NCBI GenBank assembly: GCA_963845065.1
Contig: CAWJQQ010000001.1
Span: forward strand, 992,001 to 1,056,000
Reading direction: 5' to 3'
Origin: Nitrospirota bacterium
GTDB taxonomy: Bacteria; Nitrospirota; UBA9217
Length of the DNA stretch: 64,000 bases
The notes beneath the pieces were generated by a model, which had not been told where the DNA came from, did not search any database, and saw only the letters and a list, made by a program, of their open reading frames with translations. The translations under genes were made by a program, and so were the position numbers. Positions 40,791-50,301 of the stretch are shown here, piece after piece. How positions within the stretch are numbered: position 1 is the stretch's first letter; each line of letters opens with the position of its first letter.

Positions 40791-42390
40791 CCAGACCGCA
40801 GCTCTTATGGAGTATGCGCAAGCCCATGAGTATAGAGTACTGTCCGAATGGATATTCCAGGACGAAGGCTATAGCGGGGCCACGTTGCATCGAGCCGGCC
40901 TTGAACGTGTGCGTGACTTGGCTGCAGAAGGACAAATAGAGGCGCTACTGGTTTATTCGCCAGATCGGCTCAGCCGCAAGTACGCCTACCAAGTGCTTTT
41001 GATGGAGGAGTTTACGCGCCAAGGCGTCGAGGTAATATTTGTAAAATCCCCTCGGGCAGATACTCCCGAAGATCAACTTCTTGTCCAATTTCAAGGCATG
41101 ATCGCAGAATATGAAAGAGCGCAGATTGCAGAACGGAGCAGGCGAGGCAAACGGCACCGGGCAAAGATTGGCTCGGTGAATGTTCTCTCCGGGGCGCCTT
41201 ATGGGTATCGGTATGTTAAGAAGTCTGAGAATTCCGCAGCGTATTACGATATAATCGAGGAGGAAGCAGCCGTAGTACGGGAGGTGTATCGCTGGTATAC
41301 GGAGGAAGCATTGAGCATAGGAGACATTGGTAGACGGCTTGCTGCGCGGAACATTCCAACACGCTTTGGAAAACCTGTATGGGAGCGGTCCACGATTTGG
41401 GCGATGCTTCGTAATCCAGCATATAAGGGAACAGCATGCTTTGGCAAGACGGAACGGGCCGAGCGAAAGAAAATCACACGCCCGCTACGGCAGCGGGGAG
41501 GTTTTTCGCCTCGGAGCAGTGCTAACCGGGAGCGCCCGAAGGAGGAATGGCTTCAGATAGCCGTTCCTCCCCTTGTCAGTGAAGATGTCTTTTCACTGGC
41601 TCAGGAACGTTTAGAAAAGAACAAACAATTTTCACGCCGCCATACTAGTGAGCCGACTTTGTTACAAGGACTTCTGGTTTGCAGTGTGTGCGGTTATGCG
41701 CTGTATCGAACGTCGACACGGACATCCTCGCGAAAACTCTATTATTATCGTTGCCTCGGTTCCGACGAATATCGGCATCTCAAAGGACCTCTCTGTACAA
41801 ATCGTCCTATACGGCAGGACTACCTTGATGAGTTGGTGTGGCAACAGGTTGTGCAGCTATTTGAGAAGCCTGATCTTATTCGCAAGGAAATAGACCGTCG
41901 CATACATGATGCGCGCAATTCCAATCCCACGAAGGTTCGCAAAGAAACACTGGTGAAAGAAAGTAGTCGCGTTCAGAATGGGATCGAGAGATTACTGGAT
42001 GCGTACCAGGAAGGTCTGTTGCAGCTAACGGAATTGCGTACCCGCATTCAGGGGCTGAGAAAAAAGGAGTCATCGGTAAAAGCTGAATTGCAAGCACTGG
42101 ATGCCAGGATGATTGACCAAGAAATGTATTTACAGCTCGTTCATAACGTCGATGACTTTCTAGCCCGTATACGCAAATCTGCAGAAACGCTCAATGTACT
42201 GGAACGACAAAAGGTATTGCGGCTTATTACCAAGGAGATCCTGGTGGGACCTGATACCGTAACAATAAAACATTCCATCCCGACTGCCTCCTCACCATCA
42301 GTGCCGATGACACCCATCCGACCTGCTGGGAATTCGAATCATGCAAGTTATCTATTGTGTGGGAGGGGTAATTTCCCCCATGCTGAGTAA
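40723..42390 (+). CDS. Large serine recombinase
   Basis: IYARVSS catalytic serine, D.GYSG, DRLSR, PYGY recombinase domain, CSVC..YYRC..C zinc ribbon, coiled coil; GAGGAG RBS. Confidence 0.95.
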   Translation: MKTAAIYARVSSERQKEEQTIGSQTAALMEYAQAHEYRVLSEWIFQDEGYSGATLHRAGLERVRDLAAEGQIEALLVYSPDRLSRKYAYQVLLMEEFTRQGVEVIFVKSPRADTPEDQLLVQFQGMIAEYERAQIAERSRRGKRHRAKIGSVNVLSGAPYGYRYVKKSENSAAYYDIIEEEAAVVREVYRWYTEEALSIGDIGRRLAARNIPTRFGKPVWERSTIWAMLRNPAYKGTACFGKTERAERKKITRPLRQRGGFSPRSSANRERPKEEWLQIAVPPLVSEDVFSLAQERLEKNKQFSRRHTSEPTLLQGLLVCSVCGYALYRTSTRTSSRKLYYYRCLGSDEYRHLKGPLCTNRPIRQDYLDELVWQQVVQLFEKPDLIRKEIDRRIHDARNSNPTKVRKETLVKESSRVQNGIERLLDAYQEGLLQLTELRTRIQGLRKKESSVKAELQALDARMIDQEMYLQLVHNVDDFLARIRKSAETLNVLERQKVLRLITKEILVGPDTVTIKHSIPTASSPSVPMTPIRPAGNSNHASYLLCGRGNFPHAE

Positions 42391-43045
42391 TATTTATCTT
42401 CATGAGGTGCTGGACATGTGGTTTGAGAAGGAAGTAAAACCGCGCCTCCGCGGTAAAGCGTTTCTGATTCGTTACGCAGATGATGCAGTGTTGGGGTTTG
42501 CGTTTGAAGCAGATGCCCGGAGAGTGATGGAAGTTCTTCCGAAGCGGTTTGGCCGATATGGCCTGACGATCCACCCGGAGAAGACCCGCGTGGTGAGGTT
42601 CGTCAAACCGGATAATACGAACTCGGGAGGCCACAGCCAGGACAAGGACAGCACGTTCAACTTTCTAGGATTTACTCACTACTGGGCAAAGACCCGTAAA
42701 GGTACAATGGTAATCAAGCGAAGTACCGAGAAGAACCGGTTCGCGCGAGCGCTCCTGAAGATCAAGGAGTGGTGCAGGATCAATCGGCATAACCCCCTGA
42801 AGGAGCAGCATAAGACGCTGAACCAGAAACTTCGAGGCCACTACGCCTATTACGGGATCACAGGCAACAGCAAGATGGTGGGGAGCTTCTACCACAGGGT
42901 GAGGCGGCTGTGGCGCAAATGGCTACAGCGAAGGTCGTGCGATGGCAGTATCCCGTGGGAGAACTTCGAACTGATTGAGAAAGTCTATCCACTGGCACCA
43001 GCGAGAATCGTTCACTCCGCATACTTACGCAAAGCTACAGCATGA
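42373..43045 (+). pseudogene. ltrA: Group II intron RT/maturase, 3' part
   Basis: SPMLSNIYLH, RYADD, HPEKT, FNFLGF and the X domain (LRGHYAYYG..WLQRRS). Confidence 0.92.
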
Positions 43046-43454
43046 AGAACCGAATGCGTGAATTACGCACGTTCGGGTCTGTGGGGGGCTGGGGTAGGTG
43101 ACTGCCCTGGCCTACCTGGCTATTCTACACTGCCGTTGACAAATTGCTAACTGCAGACTAGTAGGTGAACACGCGATAAGCATCCTTTTAAGATAACGTG
43201 AAGTATTGCAGTTGAAGCATGCAGTGCGGGCTACTTTCAGAAGTTGTTATTCAATTCCTCTTAGCATGCCACTGTTTATCTCGCATTCATCAATGTTTAA
43301 CCACAAAATTCATCTGACAGGTTACCATCCTACCCCGTTAAGCCAATATAGAAGCGGGTATCCTATTTTTCATTGCAATTTATCTTCTTGTTATCTTTAT
43401 GCTGCCAGTGCTATAATATAGCCAGAATTCAGGCTAATCATCTTGGGAGGTCCA

Positions 43455-43724
43455 ATGAAGGTATTGCCCCTATCAGAAGTAAAGAACAACCTGAGCAAGA
43501 TTGTTGAGCAGCTGAGCACCACGCGTGAAGAGATAACGGTTACGAGAAACGGTCACGCAGCTGCCATCATCATGAGTCCTGAGGAATATGAGGGATGGAA
43601 GGAAACGATGAGCATTCTCTCAGATAGAGAATTCACGAAGGGAATTCATCGCGGCATAAAGGACATAAAGAAAAAAGGGAAAGTGTATCATGTGACCGCG
43701 GACATTACTGGAATGAAAGGATAA
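43455..43724 (+). CDS. Phd/YefM antitoxin
   Basis: LSEVKNNLS..V..ITVTRNGHAAAIIMS.EEYE..ET. Confidence 0.9.
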   Translation: MKVLPLSEVKNNLSKIVEQLSTTREEITVTRNGHAAAIIMSPEEYEGWKETMSILSDREFTKGIHRGIKDIKKKGKVYHVTADITGMKG

Positions 43725-43730
43725 ACTTCA

Positions 43731-44033
43731 GTGATGAGCACCCGCCGTCCGATCCGCACCACAGATGACATATCAGCATATATCCAATCCCTCCATCCTG
43801 CATTAAAGAAGCGAATTCATAATGCACTTGATCAGATACGGATGATGCCGGGAGAGGGGAAACCGCTTCAACGGGAGTTAGGAGGATATCGAAGCTTCAA
43901 GGTCGGCAAATTTAGGATAATTTATCGTGTAACGGCGAAGGAAATAGAAGTCGTCGCTATCGGCCCACGCCGTACGATATATGATGAGACAACCAGACTT
44001 ATGGATAAACAATCTGGTGATATGCCAGATTAG
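43731..44033 (+). CDS. RelE/ParE-family toxin
   Basis: P.EGKPL..L.GYRS..VG.FRIIY....V.AIG.R..IY; directly follows the antitoxin. Confidence 0.9.
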   Translation: MMSTRRPIRTTDDISAYIQSLHPALKKRIHNALDQIRMMPGEGKPLQRELGGYRSFKVGKFRIIYRVTAKEIEVVAIGPRRTIYDETTRLMDKQSGDMPD

Positions 44034-44117
44034 TGGTGTTTGGTAATCAGGTATGTTGTGCGCTGAAGACCGGATGGAAGCAACTTTTTTTATCCATAAG
44101 AACCCAAAAGCCTCTAG

Positions 44118-46068
44118 CCCATCTTCTACACCTGCCAAAAAATAACTTCGCTAAAACAACATGATAAGGGCATCGAAAAGTAGCGTGGCACCACACCCTG
44201 CCATATTATTCCAACTCGATTATGATGACGAGATTTCAGCACCATTTACCTTTTGTGGTATCACGACCTTTGGCGGAATCGCCACTCCTGCAGCCTGAAA
44301 CACCTTTCCCGTATCGCCTTTTAATTCGGTCCTTAAAATAACTTCCTTGCCGTCGCTTGTAATCGTGATCTGCTTCAGTTCCTCTAGGTCCCGGAGCATT
44401 TCGCCCCACTCAAGCTTCTGCTCATTGCGGCTATCCAATCGCTCCTGTAATTCCTTCATAAGGACAAGCGCAAGAAAACTACAGAAGACATGGCCCCGAA
44501 TCGTCTCGTCGCATTTATGATAAATCGGGCGCGTCGTCAGCACCGTTTTGGTGCTCCTGAAGATCTGCTCCACCATCCACAACTCTTTGTACGCGAGCGC
44601 AACCTCGCGCGCAGGCATGGGCATTGATGTCGTGAGGACCCACTTACCGTCATACCGTGCTTCCTGTTGAACTTTTTCTTCATCGATGACAAAGGCACTG
44701 CTGAAGCTCTTCACATATTTACGATACCCTTTGTTGCCAACCAGGCTCTTGCCTCCCTGCTTCAGTTTCTCCCGAAGAGATGCGATGATGGCTTCTCTAT
44801 CGGCGGCATCTTTCTTCCGCTGGTCTTCGTTAACGCACACGATATAGCGGCGTTCGCCTACCATGACGTTCTTCACTTTGAGCGGGGATGGGGCTTTACT
44901 CTCCTTGCTTTTAGGATAGACCTCTTCGTATTTCCCTCCGCGGCTCAAAACCTCTTCACTCACTTCCTTCTGCCGCCGCATCCTCGCTCCCAGAATGTAA
45001 TCGATCTTTCGCTCATGCAAGTCGGACAGGGTCTTTTCGCTGATCATTCCCCGGTCTGCCACTATGCACGCCTGATTGATGCCGAAGCGGAGCCTCAGCC
45101 GGTCTATGATCGGCACGAGCGTCTTGACATCGGTTGTGTTTCCGGGCCACAACTCGCAACAAAGAGGTTTCCCGTGATGATCGATGATTGCGCCGACCAC
45201 CATCTGCTTGAGATCGGGCCGGTGGTCCTTGGAATGACCGTATGCGCCTATATCCTCGCCGCCCTCTCCTTCAAAGTAAATGCTCGTGGTGTCGAAAAAG
45301 ACCAGCCGTAGATCGGCGAATAAATCTCGCCTGCGTCGGAATAGCTCTTCTTCGATCACATCCTTGGTGCAACGGGGAGAAAATCCGGTGGCCCCTTCCT
45401 GATCAGCATTGGAAAGGGGTTCGCCGAGCCATGCCATGGCCCGGTATAAATGGTGCAAATCGATTCCAGCGGTTCCTTCTATCCGGTAGCCAAGGCACCA
45501 TTGTTCAGCGGCACGATCTGAACCCGATACGCTCAAACGGTGCAGCACCGTAAGATAAATCGCCCGCTCGATGGAAAATTGATGTTTGCGCTCCCTGGCT
45601 GATGCCTCAAGCACTTTCTGTATTCCCAGCTCTTTCCATAACCGGCCGAATATCATCGGCAGGCCGATGCGCCTGGAATCCGTTTCAATCGCTTCTCCCT
45701 GTTTATGTGCGTCGATGACCGCGATCTGGTCGGAAAACTTGAGCCCAGACCGCAGCAAGCTATCAAATGCTCCTGTTTCCTTGAGCGCATCGAGCCGTCC
45801 AAGCGTGGCGATGACTTCCTGCTTCACCTTGCCTTGGTCGCGGCGGTTATGAACGATCTGAAGGTATTCTCGTGATTCGGAGCGTTTTACCCTGAAGAAC
45901 ATAGCACCACAAATATATCATAATAATTATTAATTGCAAGTTATTTTTATATTAACGTGGCACTACATTTTGACCTGTTTTCCAAAAACGTTTTTTGTAA
46001 CCCTGTGAAATTAAACAACTCCACTCGCGCAAACAGTCCTTTTCTCGGCGGCAACTGTAGAAGATGGG
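44118..46068 (-). mobile_element. IS1634-family insertion sequence, 1951 bp
   Basis: Inverted repeat CCCATCTTCTACA..TGCC (17/19); 5-bp target duplication TCTAG (44113-44117, 46069-46073). Confidence 0.9.
44220..45902 (-). CDS. IS1634 transposase
   Basis: FFDTTSIYFEG, GHSKDHRPDLKQ, VADRGM, YKEL..VEQ.FR..K..RPIYH. Confidence 0.93.
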   Translation of the reverse strand: MFFRVKRSESREYLQIVHNRRDQGKVKQEVIATLGRLDALKETGAFDSLLRSGLKFSDQIAVIDAHKQGEAIETDSRRIGLPMIFGRLWKELGIQKVLEASARERKHQFSIERAIYLTVLHRLSVSGSDRAAEQWCLGYRIEGTAGIDLHHLYRAMAWLGEPLSNADQEGATGFSPRCTKDVIEEELFRRRRDLFADLRLVFFDTTSIYFEGEGGEDIGAYGHSKDHRPDLKQMVVGAIIDHHGKPLCCELWPGNTTDVKTLVPIIDRLRLRFGINQACIVADRGMISEKTLSDLHERKIDYILGARMRRQKEVSEEVLSRGGKYEEVYPKSKESKAPSPLKVKNVMVGERRYIVCVNEDQRKKDAADREAIIASLREKLKQGGKSLVGNKGYRKYVKSFSSAFVIDEEKVQQEARYDGKWVLTTSMPMPAREVALAYKELWMVEQIFRSTKTVLTTRPIYHKCDETIRGHVFCSFLALVLMKELQERLDSRNEQKLEWGEMLRDLEELKQITITSDGKEVILRTELKGDTGKVFQAAGVAIPPKVVIPQKVNGAEISSS

Positions 46069-46620
46069 TCTAGATGGAATCTTCTGCCATTTTTCTGCCA
46101 TCATTATGACAAATAACGGCATATTCCACCAGTTCCCCTGAGATTTAAGCATGAGAAATCAATCATTTGGCTAGGGGGAACCTGTTTCCTAAACCGCGTG
46201 CCGCGTGTTCGAATCACGCCAGGGGCACCAATAAATCAAAGAGTTAGGGCTGATACAAGACCGTATTGGTCTTTTTGTTTTCAAATTTACTATTCTTTTG
46301 CTACTCTTTTAATTCACAAATGTGATAAATATTGATAGAAATCCCTTATTTATTGCTATGGAGCGACGGTTGTGTAAACCGCGTGCCTTGTGTTCGAGTC
46401 ACCTCAGGAATAAATCGGTGAAGCCGAGTTTCATATAATAATAGCGAGAGTGCAGAAAACAATTTGTATCGTTGCATTTTGTGATAAAGTTTATGTCGAC
46501 GACTCCATCCGAAGCTGTTGAATAGCGATGCTTTGCAATATTCAATGTTTCATTCAGTGATTCGTAATCGTCTCAACTACCAGTCGGCTAACATTTTTCT
46601 AACATACTTCCAAAGCCTAG

Positions 46621-48179
46621 GAGTCTGTCGGACTTAACGATCTAATCCGAAGACTATTTGTTCAAAGTTCTGTGATCATCAGCATTTTGATCGGTTCTCA
46701 TCGATCAAAGTAGCTTGTAGTCTGTTCTTTCTTATCACTATTAACTCAAGGCATGCAGCCTTTTCAGGTTCCAGGCGATGCAGACCAAGTCCCATTCGCC
46801 TTGTGCCGACTCAAAGCCTCGCAGCAGGAACTGCCGGAACCCCATGACTGCCTTGATAATGCCGAAGACTGGTTCCACCGTACTTTTGCGTTTGGCGTAA
46901 AGTTTTTTCCCAGCCAGTGTCCGAAGCCGGTGCTTCATCCTCTTAACCGCATCAGCACCGTCAGGCAGCGGCAACGGCTCACGGAATCGATTCATGAGCG
47001 GCTGGTTGTGCTGATCCCGACCAAAGGCAATGTACGGCGTGATCTTGTTTTTCTCGCAAGCACCAACGTTGGTTTCGCTGTAGAAGCCGTTGTCGCTAAT
47101 AAGCGAATCTACCGTACCAAGCGCGTGAGGTAGTGCCACAAGGTTGGCGACTGCTGGTTCCAGCTCACGCTTGTCGTTTGTTTGCTGACTCACGTGGCTG
47201 GTCACGATCATCATTGTATCGGTATCAACGCCAGCCTGAGCATTGTAAGCCTGCTCAAAGCCTCCACCGGATTTTTTCATGATCCGGGATTCGCCATCCG
47301 TCAGGTTGACCTGGTCTCGGCCCTTGACGCCGGGGGTCGGCGGCTGCGGTTTAGGACCGCGCGGCTTTTTGCCGGACCGCTGTTCTTTTTCGGCGCGCTC
47401 GGCCAGATTTTTATCATAGGCTTCTTTTTCCTGGGCGTAACGTTCGGCGGCTCGCCGCTCAATCTCGGCCTTGGCGTCGGCTATCGCCTTGAGCCGCTCG
47501 GTCCGCCGGGACAGTTCTTCCGGGATGTTCATTCCATCCGGTAGATCGGCTTGGTCGGCAGCTTCCGCCTGCCGAAGAAGTTCAGCCACTTCCGCCTTGA
47601 GCTGCTCTTCCAGCTTGCAGGCGTGAGCGTAACTCAAGGCCTTATGCTTGGAGGCATTTGCCTTGACCTTTGTCCCATCCAGACTCACGGTGCCCAGTTT
47701 TAAGATCCCTGTCTGTTGGGCGATGAGCAGGATCTGGACGAACAACGGCTTTAGCTGCGGCAAAAACCTCTTCCGAAACGCAGCGATCGTGTCATGATCC
47801 GGATGGGCATTGGCCGCGATAAACCGAAACGCTACTGAATCATAGGTACTCCGCTCCAGTTTGCGGCTGGAGAACACCCCTGTAGCATATCCGTAGAACA
47901 GGAGCGCCAAAAGCATCTCCGGATTATAGGGCTGTGATCCACGACCGGCATACGCGGCTTTCAAAGAACTAAGGTCAAGCTGGTCGACGATCTCGACAAC
48001 GAACCGTGCGAGATGGTCTTCGGGCAGCCAGTCTTGAAGCGATGGTGGCAATAAGTAGAGTGTTGACTGATCATAGTCGATAAACTTTACGCTCATCTTT
48101 GTTCAACCTCGCATATGCGTAATTGAAAAGCTAATCGACTATAGCATATTTTATTTCGTCGGGAAAGTCCGACAGACTC
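46621..48179 (-). mobile_element. IS1182-family insertion sequence, copy 1 (1559 bp)
   Basis: Inverted repeat GAGTCTGTCGGACTT; CTAG on both sides. Confidence 0.9.
46741..48096 (-). CDS. IS1182-family transposase
   Basis: YGY.TG..SSRKLE, PDHDTI..FR, DGTKVKANAS, YNAQ, D.GFYS, VEPVFG.IK. Confidence 0.92.
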   Translation of the reverse strand: MSVKFIDYDQSTLYLLPPSLQDWLPEDHLARFVVEIVDQLDLSSLKAAYAGRGSQPYNPEMLLALLFYGYATGVFSSRKLERSTYDSVAFRFIAANAHPDHDTIAAFRKRFLPQLKPLFVQILLIAQQTGILKLGTVSLDGTKVKANASKHKALSYAHACKLEEQLKAEVAELLRQAEAADQADLPDGMNIPEELSRRTERLKAIADAKAEIERRAAERYAQEKEAYDKNLAERAEKEQRSGKKPRGPKPQPPTPGVKGRDQVNLTDGESRIMKKSGGGFEQAYNAQAGVDTDTMMIVTSHVSQQTNDKRELEPAVANLVALPHALGTVDSLISDNGFYSETNVGACEKNKITPYIAFGRDQHNQPLMNRFREPLPLPDGADAVKRMKHRLRTLAGKKLYAKRKSTVEPVFGIIKAVMGFRQFLLRGFESAQGEWDLVCIAWNLKRLHALS

Positions 48180-48365
48180 CTAGGATGGGTATTTCGCATT
48201 CGAAGTAGGTTCTTTCCATTTCCATTTTCACATTAGGCAAATGTAACACAATGTAACACATTGAAAAGCTACAAATTATGGAAATTGACGACGCATCATT
48301 TCTGTGGTTAACTTTAACTATTCTTTGTAAAAAAAGAAAATTCCTATCAGTTAGAGGAGGCCACG

Positions 48366-49958
48366 ATGAGTGCGAGCGGAAGATATGGCGGAAGTACGAC
48401 GAGGTTTGCCATCGGATTCGCATTCGTGTTGGTGGCGTCGTTCGCGGTCATGACTTGCGGGAAATCGAGCAACAGCATCAATGATTCCACGATCCTGACT
48501 GAAAATGGGCCTCTCGAGGGAATCGTCGCCGCGCAAATGAACCAGTATCTCGGCATTCCTTACGCGGCGCCGCCGGTGGGGGCATTGCGCTGGATGCCGC
48601 CACAGGCCTTCGGGCAATGGCAGGGAGTTTTTCAGGCGACTCAGTTCGGCAACGAGTGTCCACAGGCAGGCGGGGGCGACGAAAATTGTCTGTTTATGAA
48701 CATCTACACACCTGATTTGGAGACCAAGCACGCGGTGATGGTCTGGATTCATGGCGGCGGGCTGACCAGCGGTGCTGGCAGTGACTTCGACCCCACGCCA
48801 TTGGTGGAAGGAGGCGGCGTGGTCGTTGTCACCATCAATTATCGCCTCGGGATGCTGGGCTTTTTTGCCCATCCGGCGCTCGACGCGGAAGGCCATCTTG
48901 CCGGCAATTACGGCTTCATGGATCAGCAATTTGCGCTCGGGTGGGTGCAAAGAAATATCGCAGCTTTTGGCGGTGACCCGGACCGCGTGACCATCTTCGG
49001 CGAATCCGCCGGCGGGCTCAGTGTTTACAGTCAACTCGCCTCACCACTGGCGGCCGGCTTGTTTCACCAGGCGATTGCTCAGAGCGGAGCCTATGCGGGT
49101 TTCTCGCCGAACTATCGCGTCCAGATTCTTCCCATCGCGGTAGCCGCGACGACGGGTAACCCACCCTTGGTGACGTCGGGCACCGCTTTGGCTGATGCGG
49201 TCGGATGTACAAGCCAGACCGCCGTATGCTTGCGCGGGGTGAGCGCCGCGACGTTGGTTGCTTCACAAGGGGCGACTTTTCCGACCATCGACGGAGCGCT
49301 GCTGACAGAGACGCCGGGGGCGGCCTTCGACAGCGGCAACTTCAACCGGGTGCCGGTGATCACCGGCACCAACCATGACGAATACCGGTATTTCGTAGCG
49401 AACGACTTCATCCTGCCGTTGGCTAACGCGCAATATACGAGCGCGTCAAATACGGTGTTCGGGCCGTCTCTGGCACCGACTGTAGAAGTAGGGTATCCTC
49501 TGGGCGCCAGTCCGCCGGTCAACGGTGCCGAACTCCAACTGGCCGCCGCAGGGACGGACGGCATCTTCGCGTGCACCGCGCGCCGCGCCACGATGGGGCT
49601 GGCGCAATACGTGACGGTCTACGCCTATGAGTTCAACGACGAGAATGCGCCGGGGCCACACTTCCCCGGGCTGAACTTTTCGCTAGGCGCCTACCACGGC
49701 GCCGACGTGGAATACCTCTTCAACCGCGATGGGATACCGGCTCCATTGACGCCCGACCAGCAGCAACTCTCGCAGGCGATGATCAGCTACTGGACGCAGT
49801 TCGCCAATACGGGCGATCCCAATTCCTCGGGTCAACCCCAATGGGCGTCGTATGTCCCTGCGAGCGACGAACGCCAATCTTTCGTGCCGCCCACTCCTGG
49901 GGTCGAGTCCAACTTCGACACGGTTCATATGTGTACGTCGTTCTGGGACGGCCTCTGA
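48366..49958 (+). CDS. Secreted/lipoprotein type-B carboxylesterase
   Basis: GIPYAAPP, ENCL, HGGG oxyanion hole, GESAG nucleophile, H in AYHG; signal-like N-terminus ending in Cys. Confidence 0.92.
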   Translation: MSASGRYGGSTTRFAIGFAFVLVASFAVMTCGKSSNSINDSTILTENGPLEGIVAAQMNQYLGIPYAAPPVGALRWMPPQAFGQWQGVFQATQFGNECPQAGGGDENCLFMNIYTPDLETKHAVMVWIHGGGLTSGAGSDFDPTPLVEGGGVVVVTINYRLGMLGFFAHPALDAEGHLAGNYGFMDQQFALGWVQRNIAAFGGDPDRVTIFGESAGGLSVYSQLASPLAAGLFHQAIAQSGAYAGFSPNYRVQILPIAVAATTGNPPLVTSGTALADAVGCTSQTAVCLRGVSAATLVASQGATFPTIDGALLTETPGAAFDSGNFNRVPVITGTNHDEYRYFVANDFILPLANAQYTSASNTVFGPSLAPTVEVGYPLGASPPVNGAELQLAAAGTDGIFACTARRATMGLAQYVTVYAYEFNDENAPGPHFPGLNFSLGAYHGADVEYLFNRDGIPAPLTPDQQQLSQAMISYWTQFANTGDPNSSGQPQWASYVPASDERQSFVPPTPGVESNFDTVHMCTSFWDGL

Positions 49959-50301
49959 GCGGCCAGGGCCCCATTGCACAAGTTGCGCTTCTCACCTCGT
50001 CGTTCATATGCCCTTTATATCATTATCACTTTTCACGTAGTATTTTGCATTGAATTTTAGTCAATGCCGTTACAGACTAGTAGGTGTTTCTCGCATAGAT
50101 CCTAATTTGATTGAGGTGAACAATAGCGGTTGAAAATTGTGGTGTGCTGTTCTTCCTGTATTAAACGTGTTTCCATGCTTTGCAATAGTGCAATTTACAT
50201 CTTGAAATTGGTAAGCTAAATTTGTATATCTTGCTTTACATCCGAACGGTTTTTTGCCAATCGGGTGATGATAACTTGATGGTTGAAATCGGAGATCCAA
50301 T

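Larger units (their letters stand above)
40116..42372 (+). mobile_element. Serine-recombinase integrative element (2255 bp plus the shared AT core) inserted in the RT PQGGVISP codons
   Basis: Shared core AT at 40116-40117 and 42371-42372; ends form a 21/25 inverted repeat; removal restores CCT CAA GGC GGC GTG ATT TCC CCC ATG. Confidence 0.9.
38837..43120 (+). mobile_element. Group II intron 1 (no endonuclease domain), RT interrupted by a serine-recombinase element
   Basis: EBS1 CAGATTG (39050-39056) is complementary to the exon end CAATCTG (38830-38836); domain V/VI GAACCGAATGCG..CGCACGTTCGGGTC..CCTACCTGGC follows the RT stop. Confidence 0.85.
34320..46235. mobile_element. Genomic island integrated at the tRNA-Arg 3' end (no tyrosine integrase left)
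   Basis: 52-bp exact direct repeat, 34320-34371 = 46184-46235. Confidence 0.8.

Noticed and set aside
39428..43045. RT next to a recombinase as a retron, DGR or defence RT system
   Set aside because: The RT halves join into one group II intron maturase with domain V/VI and EBS1; no template/variable repeat pair or msr-msd was seen.
45952..46152. 66-aa ORF as a remnant of the island integrase
   Set aside because: It straddles the IS1634 end and has no integrase motif.
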